Source of the DNA: Octopus sinensis
Lineage: Eukaryota
Direction: 5' to 3'
Assembly: GCF_006345805.1 (NCBI RefSeq)
Contig: NC_043005.1
Span: 75,268,001 to 75,332,000 of the forward strand
DNA length: 64,000 nucleotides
The number at the start of each line of letters is the position of its first letter. The first letter of the stretch is position 1. The notes beneath the pieces are model-generated. The model saw only the letters and a list, made by a program, of their open reading frames with translations. It searched no databases and was not told the origin of the DNA. The translations under genes were made by a program, and so were the position numbers. Shown in pieces: positions 26,742 through 40,176 of this stretch.

Positions 26742-27231
26742 TTAACGTGCGAGTTAAACAATCACTTGTTTGTTAGTAAAAGTTATTTTGTTGCTATTTT
26801 TGACCTTTCCAATGATTTAGTGACTTCCACTGCAGCTCCAAGGTTTGCTCTGTTATATTTTTAGTGAGATTAAAGCAAAAAACTAGAACTATTGTTACGC
26901 TGACCAAGCCCACCCTGGGTATTACTGCAAGATTCACTAGTTGGCACTCTAGATAGAGAGAGAACAAGGTCTGAAATAGTATATCTTGTGGTTTACATCA
27001 GGTACTCAAGGTAATCAGATGGTTGGCCTTTTCTCTATGATAGATCAAGTAATAACATAGGTCATATGTCAACTATTGTGTTCATACTTCTAGGAGGTTG
27101 TTTACATACAGAATCAAATGTGGAGTACTCTGTACATCAAACACATGTGTCAATGGTCAGTTAAGTTAATCAGGCGGAAAAAAAAATTACAATTTAATAA
27201 GAAACATAACTTTGAATAAACAATAATTTTT

Positions 27232-27305
27232 TCCAGAGTATGACTTTAAACTGCATCCCAAATTGGCGCTCCACTATGGGATGCAGTTTAAAGTCATACT
27301 CTGGA
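27232..27305. repeat. Perfect 29-bp-arm hairpin at the break of a LINE remnant
   Basis: TCCAGAGTATGACTTTAAACTGCATCCCA, a 16-nt loop, then the exact reverse complement. Confidence 0.95.
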
Positions 27306-27835
27306 CAAAGAGCTTTGCATAGAATCAGAGTGACTGTTGAAAGCTGAAGTGTTTTCTGCCAATTTTTGCCATGTTGAGGATGTGACATCATCTGGAGAAA
27401 TTATCATTAATGGAGAGGACTAGCAGTTACAGTGACTTTAAAGGTTCTAGCAGCATGTTCTTCATATTTGGGGATGAAGTACAAGAAGGGGTCCTTGAAA
27501 TGTGCAATGAGGATATATTCATGCTGTCAAAAGGAGTCAAACCTGGATATAACAACACTGGAGAATGTTTTTGTAGGTTCTATTCATGAAATTATTGCAG
27601 GTTTAGAGTGAGATGCCTACATTGCAAATAGATGATGCTTGAGTACAGAAGGTGAAAGAAAGAAGGATATCATCTGCATAGGAAGTGGGAATTGTTTAAG
27701 ATGGTGAAAGGTCATTGGTGTACAGGAGGGAGAGTGTAGTAGACAATACTGAATCCATTGAGCACTTCAGAGTTGAGAGAGTGTGCATCTGAAAGGGTTC
27801 CATCGGCACACACAGTAATGACGAGACCTAACTGG
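27277..27835 (-). mobile_element. CR1/Jockey-group LINE reverse-transcriptase remnant
   Basis: Heavily mutated minus-strand frames with LLYTNDL...SYADDI (RT catalytic YADD) and later LILCKALCPEYD, like LYKALVRPxLEY. Confidence 0.6.
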
Positions 27836-28515
27836 AAGCTTCCAATTCAAAAGATTAGATGCAAATGTAGTTCTTGGTCAGACAGAATCACATTGAAACC
27901 TTTTTTAATTAACCCTATTGCGATCAACTCACCTGATACTGCTCTTGGTTATACAATACAAACTTCTTATTTTGAAGTGATCTAAATTAAAACCTTCCAT
28001 CAAAATTTCAAATTAATTTGTGTCCATAATACCATCTTAATAAAGTTATTTTACTAAATTTTTCTTTAGCTTCAAAATTAATTAAAACAAAGGCAGTGCA
28101 TTTCAATGGAAATATGGTAACAAAAGATTTAAAAGAACCACACAAGCAAAACAATATCAGTCAGTCAATTTAAGGTTCACAAATACTGCTTCTTGAGAAA
28201 ACAATAGATCTAACACAGTGTTGAATTCATGGTAACAGTCATACTGCTGATGGAGAGGAAAACAAAGAAGGCAGATAAAAAAATGGATGAATGCCAAAGG
28301 CTGATTCGAAATTTGCTTTGCAATGGAAGACAAAGTATAAGTTTATCATTTAAAACCAACTGGTTAAAATATAAACCTAAATAAAATTAACATCCTATGC
28401 TAAATACTTATGTAGACAAAATGTTTCAATTAATATATGCTATAAATTGATATAATAGATATATAGCAGTGTAAAAGCTAGAGCCAGTTAAGAAATATAG
28501 TGAGAATATATATAT

Positions 28516-28552
<37 letters not shown>

Positions 28553-28558
28553 CATAAA

Positions 28559-28664
28559 TATAAGAGAGTAACCACTATGTGGTCAACTCTAGCACTAAAA
28601 ATAGATCCGCTAGCGGATCTATTTTTAGTGCTAGAGTCGACCACATAGTGGTTACTCTCTTATA
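28559..28664. repeat. 106-bp spacer-less palindrome
   Basis: Centre GCT|AGC between 28611 and 28612. Arms are 53 bp with one mismatch (28585 vs 28638). Confidence 0.95.
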
Positions 28665-31600
28665 GTTATGTAAGACCAGCAGTCGCCCATGCATACCAGC
28701 CTCCCCTCTCCACGCCACCGATGTTATCGAAGGGAAAGGCAAAGGCCGATACAGCTTGGCACCTGTGACGTCACAACTCATTTCTACAGCTGAGTGAACT
28801 GGGGCAACGTGAAATAAAGTGTCTTGCTCAAGAACACAACATGCATCAAGTTCCAGGATTCGAACTCACAACCTCACGATTGTAAGCTTGACGCTCTAAC
28901 CACTGAGCCATGTGCCTTCACACACACACATAAATATATATATGATGATTAGTTTGCTCCACAATTATGTGATTTGGGGTTCACTCCCACTGCTTGGCAC
29001 ACGTCTTCTGCTATATCCCCAGGCCAAGCAATGCCTTGCAAGTGGTTTTGGTAGATGGAAATAAAAAAAGACCTGTCAGTGTGTGTGTGTGTGTTTGTAT
29101 TGGCATTGTCCAAGGTTCCACAGAAGCAGACTGAACCCAAACCATGTAATTGAGAAGTTTTGTAGCTGCACTACCATGCTTGCACCTTTCACTACATCAC
29201 TGCCCATCACAGGTGGGGGAGATAAGTGGAAAATTAAATTATAATGAATACATAATGAATTATAATGAATATTATAATGAAGACATAAACATCTATAACA
29301 ACTACATTGTAGAAGAGTTATAACAGTGATTTAAACATACACACACACGCCATAATATTCACGTTGGTTTAATATCAAGTCTTGTATAATATAAAATGTA
29401 AAGAAATATTTGCCAAGTCATCTATAAACTGATCAGTGACACTATGAGAGAGTGTGAAATATATTTAGCATTAGTCAAAACTTTGGATACACATGAGTGA
29501 ATATCTGTCTTAAAGATATTATAAACTAACACTTTATTACTGAAATTTTGAAGGAAAAAAAGTGTTTGAAAGACAAATGTAAATTTAGATAATACCAGCA
29601 AATATGATTAATTTCAAACAAAAAATGTTCACTTTTTAGGGTAGAGTCATTATCGTGTATGGTGATCAATTTGGCTTAAAGTTTAAATCAAACTGATTTT
29701 TGTCAATGTTATTGATACAAATAAAGTTTGATAGTTATTTTTTAAAAAATCACTGTTTTGCAATGAAATAAAAAGTTTACATAAGGTGGCTTTCATTGTA
29801 AATCAAAACCAGGATGTAGATTAGGTTTGTCATGTGAATAACAAAAAGAAAAAAACATAACAATGATGATAATGAAGATAGACTAAAGATAAAAATCACC
29901 CTATGTGTGGGCAAAAATGTTTCCCATTAAGGGGAAGGCAAACGTGATGAAATGTAGCACCCTTGATTATTTTTGCAAGGCCCTCAAAACTGCTGAGATA
30001 AAAGGAGAGAGAATCTCATAGCTTCTTTACTGAGAAAAAACTGGTCCAAATGTCTGCAACAGAGCAAACTCTTCTAAAGATGAGTTGCCTCACCACTTGG
30101 CAGAAAGATCAAGTAGTAAACAACAAGTAAACCCTACTGCTAAAGTACATATAAACCTGAAAACATTGGATTTTTTTCCCCCTCCCTACATTAACACAGG
30201 GTGCCGAAACTTGTAGGACAAGATCTAAGTAATTGAATTGATCCAAACACTCTACCTGCTATGATATATTCTAACTGAACACATCAGAGGGATGAAAAGC
30301 AAAGCCGACAATACAAGCAGAATCTAAACATAAAATGTAAAGGAACAAAATCGTACATTGAAAGGCATTCAATCTGGTCCCCTACCGTCTTCACTGCTTT
30401 AACTCATAATATTCATAGAAGAGGGATTCTGTACATAATCGGTATTGGTTCTTATTTTGACTAGAGGGATCAACAGGAGTAAAAATAATTAAGGTTTGAA
30501 TACAGACACTTCACAGTACTTGACTCAGTAATCTATTGTATCTGCCATTCTGTTACCCTCTCTTTCTAGATATACAGGTTTATCTTGTTCCAAGGTAAAC
30601 TGATGTGCATCTAGGAACAAGGCCTCAGAATGACAGGACAATGAGAATGCATGATTCTCATACTTTTCTCAGATAGTTTCAAAAGAAAATTGAAACAAGA
30701 TTGAGGAACAATAACAAATTACTGAAAATAAATCAATTTTATGGGTGACCTGCTGTGCTTGAGGAGACCTATTGAGTCAAGTACATCAACATCAAAATAA
30801 ATATCAAATGGAAATTGTAGTTGTGATACCTGTGCCGGTGGCACGTAAGAAGCACCCTCCGTACGTGGCTGGTGCCAGCACCGCCTTGACTGGCATCTGT
30901 GCCGGTGGCACCTAAAAAGCACCCACTACACTCAAGGAGTGGTTGGCGTTAGGAAAGGCATCCAGGTGTAGAAACATTGCCAGATCAGACTGGAGGCTGG
31001 TGCAGGCTCCTGGCTTCCCAGACCCCGGTTGAACCGTCCAACCCATGCTAGCATGGAAAACGGACATTAAACGATGATGATGATGATTAGAGGTCTTTCA
31101 AAAGTAGTAGTATTAGTAGTAATCACAGCATCATGGTATTGACCAGGCTATTGACTGTTGTTATATATCACTGGTCACAATGTACTTTGCATTATGTTAG
31201 CCTTTGAAGGAGGCCACTCCCACTGGCTAGGTGAGCAGACCAACATTCCCCTTGATAAGAAGACTATTCCTCAACAGGGCTACCTATTTACAACTGAGTG
31301 GGTTGGTGCAACATGAAATGAAGCATTTTACTCAAGAACACAATAAATACCACCCAGTCCAGGAATCAAGCCTGCGATTTAGCAGTCATAAGTGCAACAC
31401 CATAACTACTAGGCCACGTGCCTTCACAGTATCAGTAACAGCAGTTTTGAATTACTGACAAACCACAACAGAAGCAGGTTTTCCAACATTTGGAAACTGT
31501 ATCAACTACTCTATTGTAAAACTAGCAGAAAGGGCAAGGAAGGTTGGTAAATGTCAGCCTATGGTAATCTAGGAAAACAGCAAGAATAGCTCAACTTTGT

Positions 31601-32130
31601 AGAGAGAAACACAAAGTTATTCTCATTTTAAAATGCAAAAGGTCAGTCAACCAATTCATTTATTTTTAAAAATGTAAGTTTTTAAGCAGTCACCAAAATT
31701 AAAGTTTTTTTATAGGTTATGTTCATATCATTTGTACATATGCTTTGTAACAAATATACTAAAAAGTGTTAAATTCTACACAAAATAGAAATGATATACA
31801 TTTGTTTGAAACCAGATCAAGGTTCACAGGCTTCATGCACAATTTTACCTAATCAGGTAATCATACAAATTTGATTTAGGGCCTAGCCTCAAATTATCTT
31901 ATTCTCAGATTTCCAACAGACAGAGCTGTATAAACAAACATTAGTGTGTCTGACCAACTGTCTTTAAATAGTGTATCTATCAATTCTGCATTGAAGCCTC
32001 ATAGAGAATGAACTTGTTTCCCCATCCTTCTAGAACGGATAAAAATAAGTAACAGCCTTGTACCAGAAAGAGTGAATAGCCAACACAATCAACTCTACCA
32101 TTTCTCTACAAATGTGCAATCTCATGTTAA

Positions 32131-33974
32131 CCCTTTAGTGTTCAGACCAGCCAAAACCAGCCCAAAATTCCCTGTTATTTGTTTGAATCGGCCAAATCCA
32201 GTTGTATCTGATTCCTCAATGAAATCGCTAAAAAAAAAAACAAATCACGTTACTGGATTCTCGTAGCTTCGAGATATGAGATAAAGCTTTTCCTGCTTTT
32301 ATTCAAGTAAAAATACCATGAAATTTTTGAGACTTTTTGTTTTTTCCTATATTTGAAGAGAAGTGAAAATATTAGTTTTTAATGATTTGGCATTAGAAAG
32401 TAATGATTCCAACTTTGAAGGTTTTACTGATGATGATGCTGTACAAAATATAAACGAAAACAAGTGATTTGCCTTTGGATGAAGCTGATATTTATGAATC
32501 TTCTTCGCATGAGTAAGATTTTGATAAAGAAAATGATGAAAATAATATTGAAAACGTTACAGCAATATGGTTGAAGATTACTACATCAACCACAATTCCC
32601 GATTTCACAAAAAAGACTGGTCAACAACACAGTCTACTTCGTAGTGCTCAACCAATGGACTATTTATTTTCATTTTTTAGTGAAAAGTTCTTTTGAAACA
32701 GTTGCAGAAGAAACAAATAAATATGTTCAACAGATAATTTCTATTTGTAGAAGACCTGATCCACTATGGTAGTCAACTAATACTGCAGAAATCTGAGGTT
32801 TTTTTTTTTACTATAAACATTATGTTTGGTGTCAAGCAATTTCCTCGACTGTGGAACTACTGGAGTTTGATATAAGGTATGGTGATCCACATAACTCCAG
32901 TATTATGTCTAACAACTATAGTTAATTCATATATTGTTTATATAAAAAGCCACAAGATACCTCCACCACTAAAGGACTATGACCATTTGAAATTTTGGGT
33001 TGACATCACATCTCAGTTATGTGAGGGCATCTCTTCCAGAAAGCACAGAACTGGGAGAAAATCAAAATTAACTGAGGTTGATGTCAACAGAGAAAATATT
33101 GACTTCCATAAAGTGGGAAAAATAAATGGAACGGAAAAAGTTTGCAGACTGTGTTTGCTGCAAAAAAGGAAAATTGCAAAAGGATATCAGGTCGCGACAT
33201 CATATATGTATTCGTTTTGCAAAGTGCCCTGGTATAAAGGGTGCATTGGACAGTTTCATGATAGAAATAGGGCATAACTATATTTGGTTGTTTGATTGTA
33301 ATACTTTCATATATTCCTTTCATTTTATTACAAATAATACGTGAAAGTGAAAGATACATATTAATTTTCCGTATGTCACACAACAGTATTCACCTTTGTA
33401 TTACCTGTTAATGAGCTTTTTTTTATTAGATGCATTCTGTTATGTAAATGTATTCATTAAATTGTATAAGAGTACATAGCCAATGGTTTATTGACTAGTA
33501 AAAGAGATTTGTACTATATTTTCAATGAAAATGTTTGAATGAAATATAGAAAAAGAATAAAATTTTGTACTGATTATATCTGTATTTTAATTAATTCAAA
33601 TTAATGTACCTCATATTGAAAATTGGCAAAATTATTGGCAGTTCACACCTGGGATAGTTTTAGTACCAAATCAAACAGGTAAGCTGCATTAACGATTGTA
33701 ATTTTAGTGTTTGTCCATAATGTTATTGCTTTTACACCTGTTAATTAAATTTACCTGCTCATAAAAGTCAAATTTTATCAGAAAGATCAGTTAAAATTAC
33801 ATAACTATAAACCACTGGTATATAAGCACCCACTGACAAAATTTCAAATCTGTATGTAAAAAAAATTGAAGTTAGAAGCAAATATTGTGGTCACCACACT
33901 TGAACCTGAAATAATTCAAAATTATGCGAACAAATAAGCATTATATTTGACGGATTAATCTGAACACTGAAGGG
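32131..33974 (+). mobile_element. Internally deleted, decayed piggyBac DNA transposon (~1.84 kb)
   Basis: TTAA TSDs at 32127-32130 and 33975-33978. TIRs CCCTTTAGTGTTCAGA and CCCTTCAGTGTTCAGA (15/16 match). Broken transposase remnants include the N-terminal FETVAEETNKYVQQ and NIMFGVKQFPRLWNYW, and the C-terminal Cys-rich VCRLC...FCKVPWYKGC...FH (ORF 32879-33277). No DDD core seen. Confidence 0.9.
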
Positions 33975-34282
33975 TTAATGTATGAAATTAATTTTGCATG
34001 TAATCAGGTTCACATGCAGATAAGAATTCTAAGGATGCAGTGTTTAAGAAGACACAGAAATGAAACATATCAAATATGAAGCAGAAGGTGTTGCTCATGA
34101 AGGTTGTCACAAGTAAGGATAAAGCAAAAGTTTTTTTTCTGCTGGAGACAGCAGGGTTTTTAGAGTTGTAAGCTTTTAACAGAAATTAGAATTTTAACAA
34201 TTAATAAACATGCACACACAAATTGGTTCCATTTCACTTCTTTTATTATTATGGCAGCAAGCACCAGATAAAATACTTACTT

Positions 34283-34701
34283 TTTACTCTTTTATTTGGC
34301 CATGCTGGAGCACCGCCTTTAGTCAAGCAAATTGACCCCAGGACTTATTCTTTGTAAGCCTAGTACTTATTCTATTGGTCTCTTTTGTTGAACCACTAAG
34401 TTACGGGGACGCAAACACACCAGCATCAGTTGTCAAGCGATGTTGGGGGACACATACAAACACACACATATACATATATATGATGGGCTTCTTTCAGTTT
34501 ACCAAATCCACTCACAAGGCTTTGGTCGGCCTGAGGCTATAGTAGAAGACACTTGCCCAAGGTGCCATGCAGTGGGACTGAACCCAGAACCATGTGATTG
34601 GTAAGCAAGCTACTTACCACACAGCCTCTCCTGCGCAGTGGGACTGAACCCAGAACCATGTGGTTGGTAAGCAAGCTACTTACCACACAGCCACTCCTGC
34701 A
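34283..34701 (-). mobile_element. SINE family A with a tandemly duplicated tRNA-like head
   Basis: GCAGTGGGACTGAACCCAGAACC...CTCCTGC occurs twice (about 34569-34634 and 34635-34700). Confidence 0.85.
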
Positions 34702-36363
34702 CTTAGTGGTATTTTGGCCAGAGTTCAAATTTCGCCAAGGTCAAATTTACCTTTCATCCTTTCGGGGTCAATAAAATAAGTACCAGTTGAACACTGGGTC
34801 GATGTAATTGATTCATCCCCTACATCAAAATTGCTGCCCTTGTGCCAAAATTTGAAACCATTATTATTATTAAGGTGGCATGCTAGCAGAACCGTTAGCA
34901 AACTGGACAAAATGCTCAGCAGTATTTTGCTTGTTGGTACATTCTGACTTATAATTCTGCTGAGGCCGACTTTTCTTTTCCTCCTTTTGGGGGGTCAATA
35001 AATTAAGCACCCATGAAACACTGGGGTCGATGTCATCAACTAGTCCCCTCCCCACAAATTTCAGGCCTTGTGCCTTTAGTAGAAAGGATTATTATCATTA
35101 TTAGTCAATTGGATAACCATTTAACCAATTAACTAATCAACTGCTTGATTAACCGTTTGGTCAATCAATGAATCAACTAGATTAGTCAGTCTATTTGTTG
35201 TCATTCACATCCTTATCCATGCCTGAATGATTCATCAAATAACTGATTAGTTAATTGGTTTACCAACTGACCAGTAATAACAATAAAAGAAGTGAAATAG
35301 ATTCAGTGCCTGTGTTTATTATTGGTATAATGACACCCACAAGAAACAATAAAATCAGCTTCAACACATGAGTCCACATCAAGAAAATTACAAACCAAAA
35401 ACAAAAATGCGGAATTTTAATAATTCTTCAGATTATATCTCATTAAATCTAAGCAGCTTACACACACATCTCTCAAATATAAGGTGTTCAAATAAACTGT
35501 GCCCATCAGACAGATCATTTTGGTTGGTATGCATTTTGTTGAAATGTTATTTACAATGGAACAACCCAAAAGACAATTTCTTAATGAGAGGATTATTTGG
35601 AAAAGGAGAAAGATGAGTTCTGCAGCAGATGTTCTGATTGATAAAGAAATAACAGAAAAGAGCTGGGCTGTAATCAAAGTAAAAAAGATGTTTATTTTAA
35701 CCCTTTTGAAATTAACTTTCCTGAAATCACCCTTGGTCCTGTGATACAAACTCCCTGTTGAAAATTGTCTAAATTAAAGTCTTTCATTAAAACTTCCTGC
35801 TAATTTGTAGTCCAAACACCAACTTAATAAAGACAAAGTTATATTACTAAATTCTTCGTTCTTCATTATTTTTTCATATTATTTGAAACAAAAACGGTGC
35901 CTTTCAACAGAAATTTTGGTAGCAAAATGCCTAAAGAATTCAAATAATAAAAAAGATTTTTGAATTTATGAATATTTTTTCTTTAAATGCAAAACCTGAA
36001 GTGTGATAGTTCATAAGTTTGAAGCTTATAATATTTCTTTAAAGGATATTGAAAAAAAAAAAACTTTAATAAAAATCAAGTGCATACAAACTTTTAACTT
36101 ATATAATATATTTATGGAATTGTTTGAAGACCAGTGACTGATTCTTTTGCTATTGTTTACTTGAAATGAAATGGATGATGAATGACAACCAATGATAAAA
36201 TTTTGGGAATAGAGTTGTAGCTTTAAATTTTTCATAAAACTACAACAAATGCACAGAGAAAAAAAATTAGCTGCAGCCTTACGAATGGGAATGAGGAAAG
36301 AATCAAGGAAAAAGAAAGCCATCTGACTTTTTCCTTTATTTCTAAATCCCCACACAATCATAC

Positions 36364-36424
36364 CTCTGAGTTTGGGCTTGCAGCAGACTGATCTTGAGAA
36401 GATGGATTCAGTGGCATATTGATG
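36364..36424 (-). CDS. RNF115/RNF126: RNF115/126-like coding exon 3 (S-INMPLNPSSQDQSAASPNSE)
   Basis: ttttctgtttccag acceptor and GAG|gtatga donor. 61 nt, phase 2 to 0, Ser/Pro-rich like family exon 3. Confidence 0.75.
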
Positions 36425-39400
36425 CTGGAAACAGAAAATTGAAAGAACACTAGAAATATGTTCTTTCTGTAAAGGCTATCCAAATGCAAAGCAGTAATTA
36501 TGTATATACAAACATTAACGATTTTTGGGAAGAACAAATAAAAATTATATGAAATTTTAAACTTGATAGTATGATTTTTTTTGTTCTTTTTTTATATTCT
36601 TTTTTTTTTTTGCAACCATTTTCTTTCGGTAGAAACTAAAATAATTATGATATGCCCTTCTGATTTTTTCAGAGTTAAATGCTGTCAACCAAGACAATTG
36701 ATATCCCACCATTGGTCTATATTGTGCGAACAGCAAAAAAGTGGTCAGTGGTCACCAAGTTGTAAATAGGTATTGTGCAGAAATACATTGGATCGTTGGG
36801 GAAGCAATGTAAAAATTGTATAATTAATGTGTCATTATTAAGCAGTTCCGAGAGAGAATCCCCCCATGAGCAGAAAACCTGGAATTCAGTGGATTCTTCC
36901 CTGGGTAGAAAATATTTCACTGTTGCTCAGTGCACTTAAAAATTGAGAGGAGCACCTGCAAGCTACTGTCAAACAGTAGAAATGATTTAAGAGAGAGAGA
37001 GGATGGATAAAAGAAGTTTTTTAAAAGTATAACTTTAAAAATTTTTCTCTATGATTCTAAGTACTAATAAACATTTGAATGTCACAAACCCATACATTGA
37101 ATTTCATTTACAATAAATACAAAATTGAATTTTTTAAATTTTCTTTAATGAATATTTCAAGTAAAAAATAAATTTAATCACAAAGTCAATTCAAAATCAC
37201 AAAACATGAATATGGTATGATGATAAAGAAAGCCTCACACTAGACTGAATAATTTAGTAATTTGGTAGTACTAGATTACCAATCAAGTTATCTGTTTAAA
37301 CATACCTCAGACATTGTGTTACGTCATCGGCAAAGAATGAGTTTATTGCAGATGAATTTTAACAAAATTTTAAGTGGATCCTGGTTGAGAACCACTGCTC
37401 TAGATGGAGGTTCAACTTGCATGAAATAGCAGTGAAATCTCCCTCATATTACACTCTACTGTCTTTAAAAAGGAGAACATGTTTGAATAATGACTTCCAA
37501 GTCACGCTGCCTTAAGAAAAATGATGTGATAGTCATGACTTAAAACCATCGATCAGGTCTGACCTAGATTTGCTTAATCAGTTTTCTGGATTCGCTTAAT
37601 CAGATCTGACCCGGATTAAATGACTAACAACATAACATCTTACTTCACTGCTGAACTTACAATACATTTCACTCCTTCTTTACAATTATGTATTCAGCAG
37701 CAAGACAGACATCAAGTAATGAAAGTCATTCCACAAGGACTGGTATATGAAAATGAATGTAAGACAGCAAAATGAAATTCAGTGCCTGGTTTCTAAAGTG
37801 TAAAAGTTAAATTGAGATTTACTGCCGACAGAGGAGAAAAAGTATACCAATAATAAGAATTACACAGCAAGTGATTAGAAATTACATTTTATCTATCATC
37901 TTAAATTTATAAGATCCTCAATTATTTGTCATACTATTTCAGAGATGCTATTAAAGACTTGCTTAAGAATATTAAAAGGAATTGTTTTACATCACATAAA
38001 TACACATGTAGCAGCCACAGAGATAGATAATATGTAGCCCATTGAAGGTGTTGAGCTGGCAGAAACATTAGCACGCCGGGCGAAATGCTTAGCAGTATTT
38101 CGTCTGTCTGAGTTCAAATTCTGCCAAGGTCGACTTTGCTTTTCATCCTTTCAGGGTTGATAAATTAAGTACCAGTTATGTACTGTGGTTGATCTAATTG
38201 ACTGGCTCCCTCCCCAAAAATTTCGGGCCATGTGCCTAGAGTAGAAAAGAATATGTAGCCCTTTGTTTTCATAACAATTTTGCTTCAGCCTCAGACCCAA
38301 ATGCATGCTGCATTTTTAAATGAAAAAAAATTATCAATATAGGTGTAGGCAACTATGGTTGTGTCATAAAAAGTTTACTTCCTAGTTACATTGTTTCAGG
38401 TTCGGCCCACTGCATTGCACCATGAGTAAGTGCCTTCTATATTTCTATATAGCCCTGAGCCAGCCAAAGCCATGTGAGTGGATTTGGTAGACAGAAACTG
38501 AAACTATATACGCATGTGTGTGTGTGTGTGTGTGTGTGTACATATATATATATACATACACAGATACACACATAAACATAGTGTTCTAAATGTAACCAGA
38601 ACAATGTGTCTCTATGTGATCCTTGCCCAAAACAAACATTAATTGAAGCTTTTAATTTTTCATTCCTTACTGATATATATATGAGTGATAGAGTGTGTGT
38701 GTGTGTGTGTGCATGTGCACACACATGTTACTGTCTCCTAGTCTTGACATTACGCAATAGTTGTAAATGAGTGTTATCGTCGTGCAATCAGTGTTGTTCA
38801 TTTCTTATCTTTCTTGAAGAAAAAATATTTGGCCATAGGGAAATATTACCTTACTTGGAAACGGGCAAGGGTCAGGGACAGGAAGGGCATCTGACAATAG
38901 AAAATCTGCCTCAACAAATTTCATCTAACCCATGCAAGCATGGAAAAGTGGATGTTAAAATAATGATGATGAATACAGTCTGGGAAAGTCCCAATAACAA
39001 CTTAAATAAGGGGTTTTTAAACATTATTATAAGCTATTATTTATGACTGAATTCACTTTGTGATACACTGTTAATGAAGACTTATTTACATATTCCTTGA
39101 TAATTCATCATTAGTAATTGATTGAGAATCTGTGTAGCAGCTAATGAACATTAATTAGCATAACAGTCAGCCAATAGAGAACTGGTACATGTTCAGTACA
39201 AGTGGAAGTCATTTTAATATTTATACAAGACACCATCAATAACATTTGTCATTCATATACACCGGATGATGACATGATGCAATATGCCTGACATGTTAAA
39301 TCATGTGTGTGAGTGTGTGTGTGTGTGTAGGTGTGTGCATGGGAGCAGAATCTCTAAGAGAAATTTTGCAAGGTGGAACAAAACTGCTTTTGAGGTTTCT

Positions 39401-39532
39401 CTTAACCCTTCACAAAATTCAGAAAGGTCATACAGGACTTTTAGTTTCGATTTTGAGTAAGAGGATTGTCAGATATTTACAAGCCTTCAACTCGATTTTA
39501 CAAGCCCCAACATAGCTTTTCAGGTCCCTACA

Positions 39533-39808
39533 GGCTTCTACTCGGCTCTGCGGGATCCCTGCTGGCTTTTACTCGGCTCTGCGAGATCCCTGCTGGCTTC
39601 TACTCAGCTCTGTGGGATCCCTGCTGGTTTCTACTTTGCTCTGTGGGATTCCTACTGGCTTCTACTTGGCTCTGCGGGATCCCTACTGGCTTCTACTTGG
39701 CTCTGCGGAATCCCTGTTGGCTGCTACTCAGCTCTGCAAGATCCCTGCTGGCTTCTACTCAGCTCTGTGGGACCCTACTGGCTTCTACTCAGCTCTACAG
39801 TTCCCTAC
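39533..39808. repeat. 31-bp GC-rich minisatellite, about 9 copies (GGCTTCTACTCGGCTCTGCGGGATCCCTGCT)
   Basis: Unit starts at 39533, 39564, 39595 and onward. Copies diverge mainly by CpG-type changes. Confidence 0.95.
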
Positions 39809-40084
39809 ACAAATGTACAGGCCCCTGCCCAGTTTCACAAGTCCCGATCCAGCTCTATGGACCCTTACGTAACTTCCCAACCCGATGTATAATCTGAAAC
39901 TCTACATTCTACAGGCCTTGTGCATGTGTCTTAATGCATGCTGCAAATTTCAAACCCAGAGCAAAGTTCACAGATTAAGTTGCATGTTGTTTTACAAACC
40001 CATATTTTAACTTTAAATGAAATCCAACTCATCTACAAATACATACAATACTTTAAATCCTTGATGAACAAAACTCTTCCTTAC

Positions 40085-40176
40085 CTCTGAAAGTCTGGAT
40101 CATTTGTTGGTGTCGATACCGAATCATCTTCAGCAAGGCTAATGTGAAGACTATTTAAAAGCATTTCTTCCAAAAA
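40085..40176 (-). CDS. RNF115/RNF126: RNF115/126-like coding exon 2 (FLEEMLLNSLHISLAEDDSVSTPTNDPDFQ+AG)
   Basis: ttttatgtcag acceptor and AG|gtaagg donor. 92 nt, open frame, phase 0 to 2, as in family exon 2. FLEEM resembles the family FIEE motif. Confidence 0.75.

Noticed and set aside
30555-30610. Possible extra minus-strand exon in RNF intron 3
   Set aside because: The only open frame is phase 1 to 1, incompatible with the flanking phase-0 junctions. Exons 3 and 4 already join as E|PW, like the family E|LW.
35368-36361. Cluster of 80-110 aa ORFs near exon 3
   Set aside because: Compositionally biased AT-rich frames on both strands, with no motif or matching splice sites.
39466-39897. 143-aa and 86-aa ORFs with internal periodicity
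   Set aside because: Produced by the 31-bp minisatellite. The unit length is not a multiple of 3.
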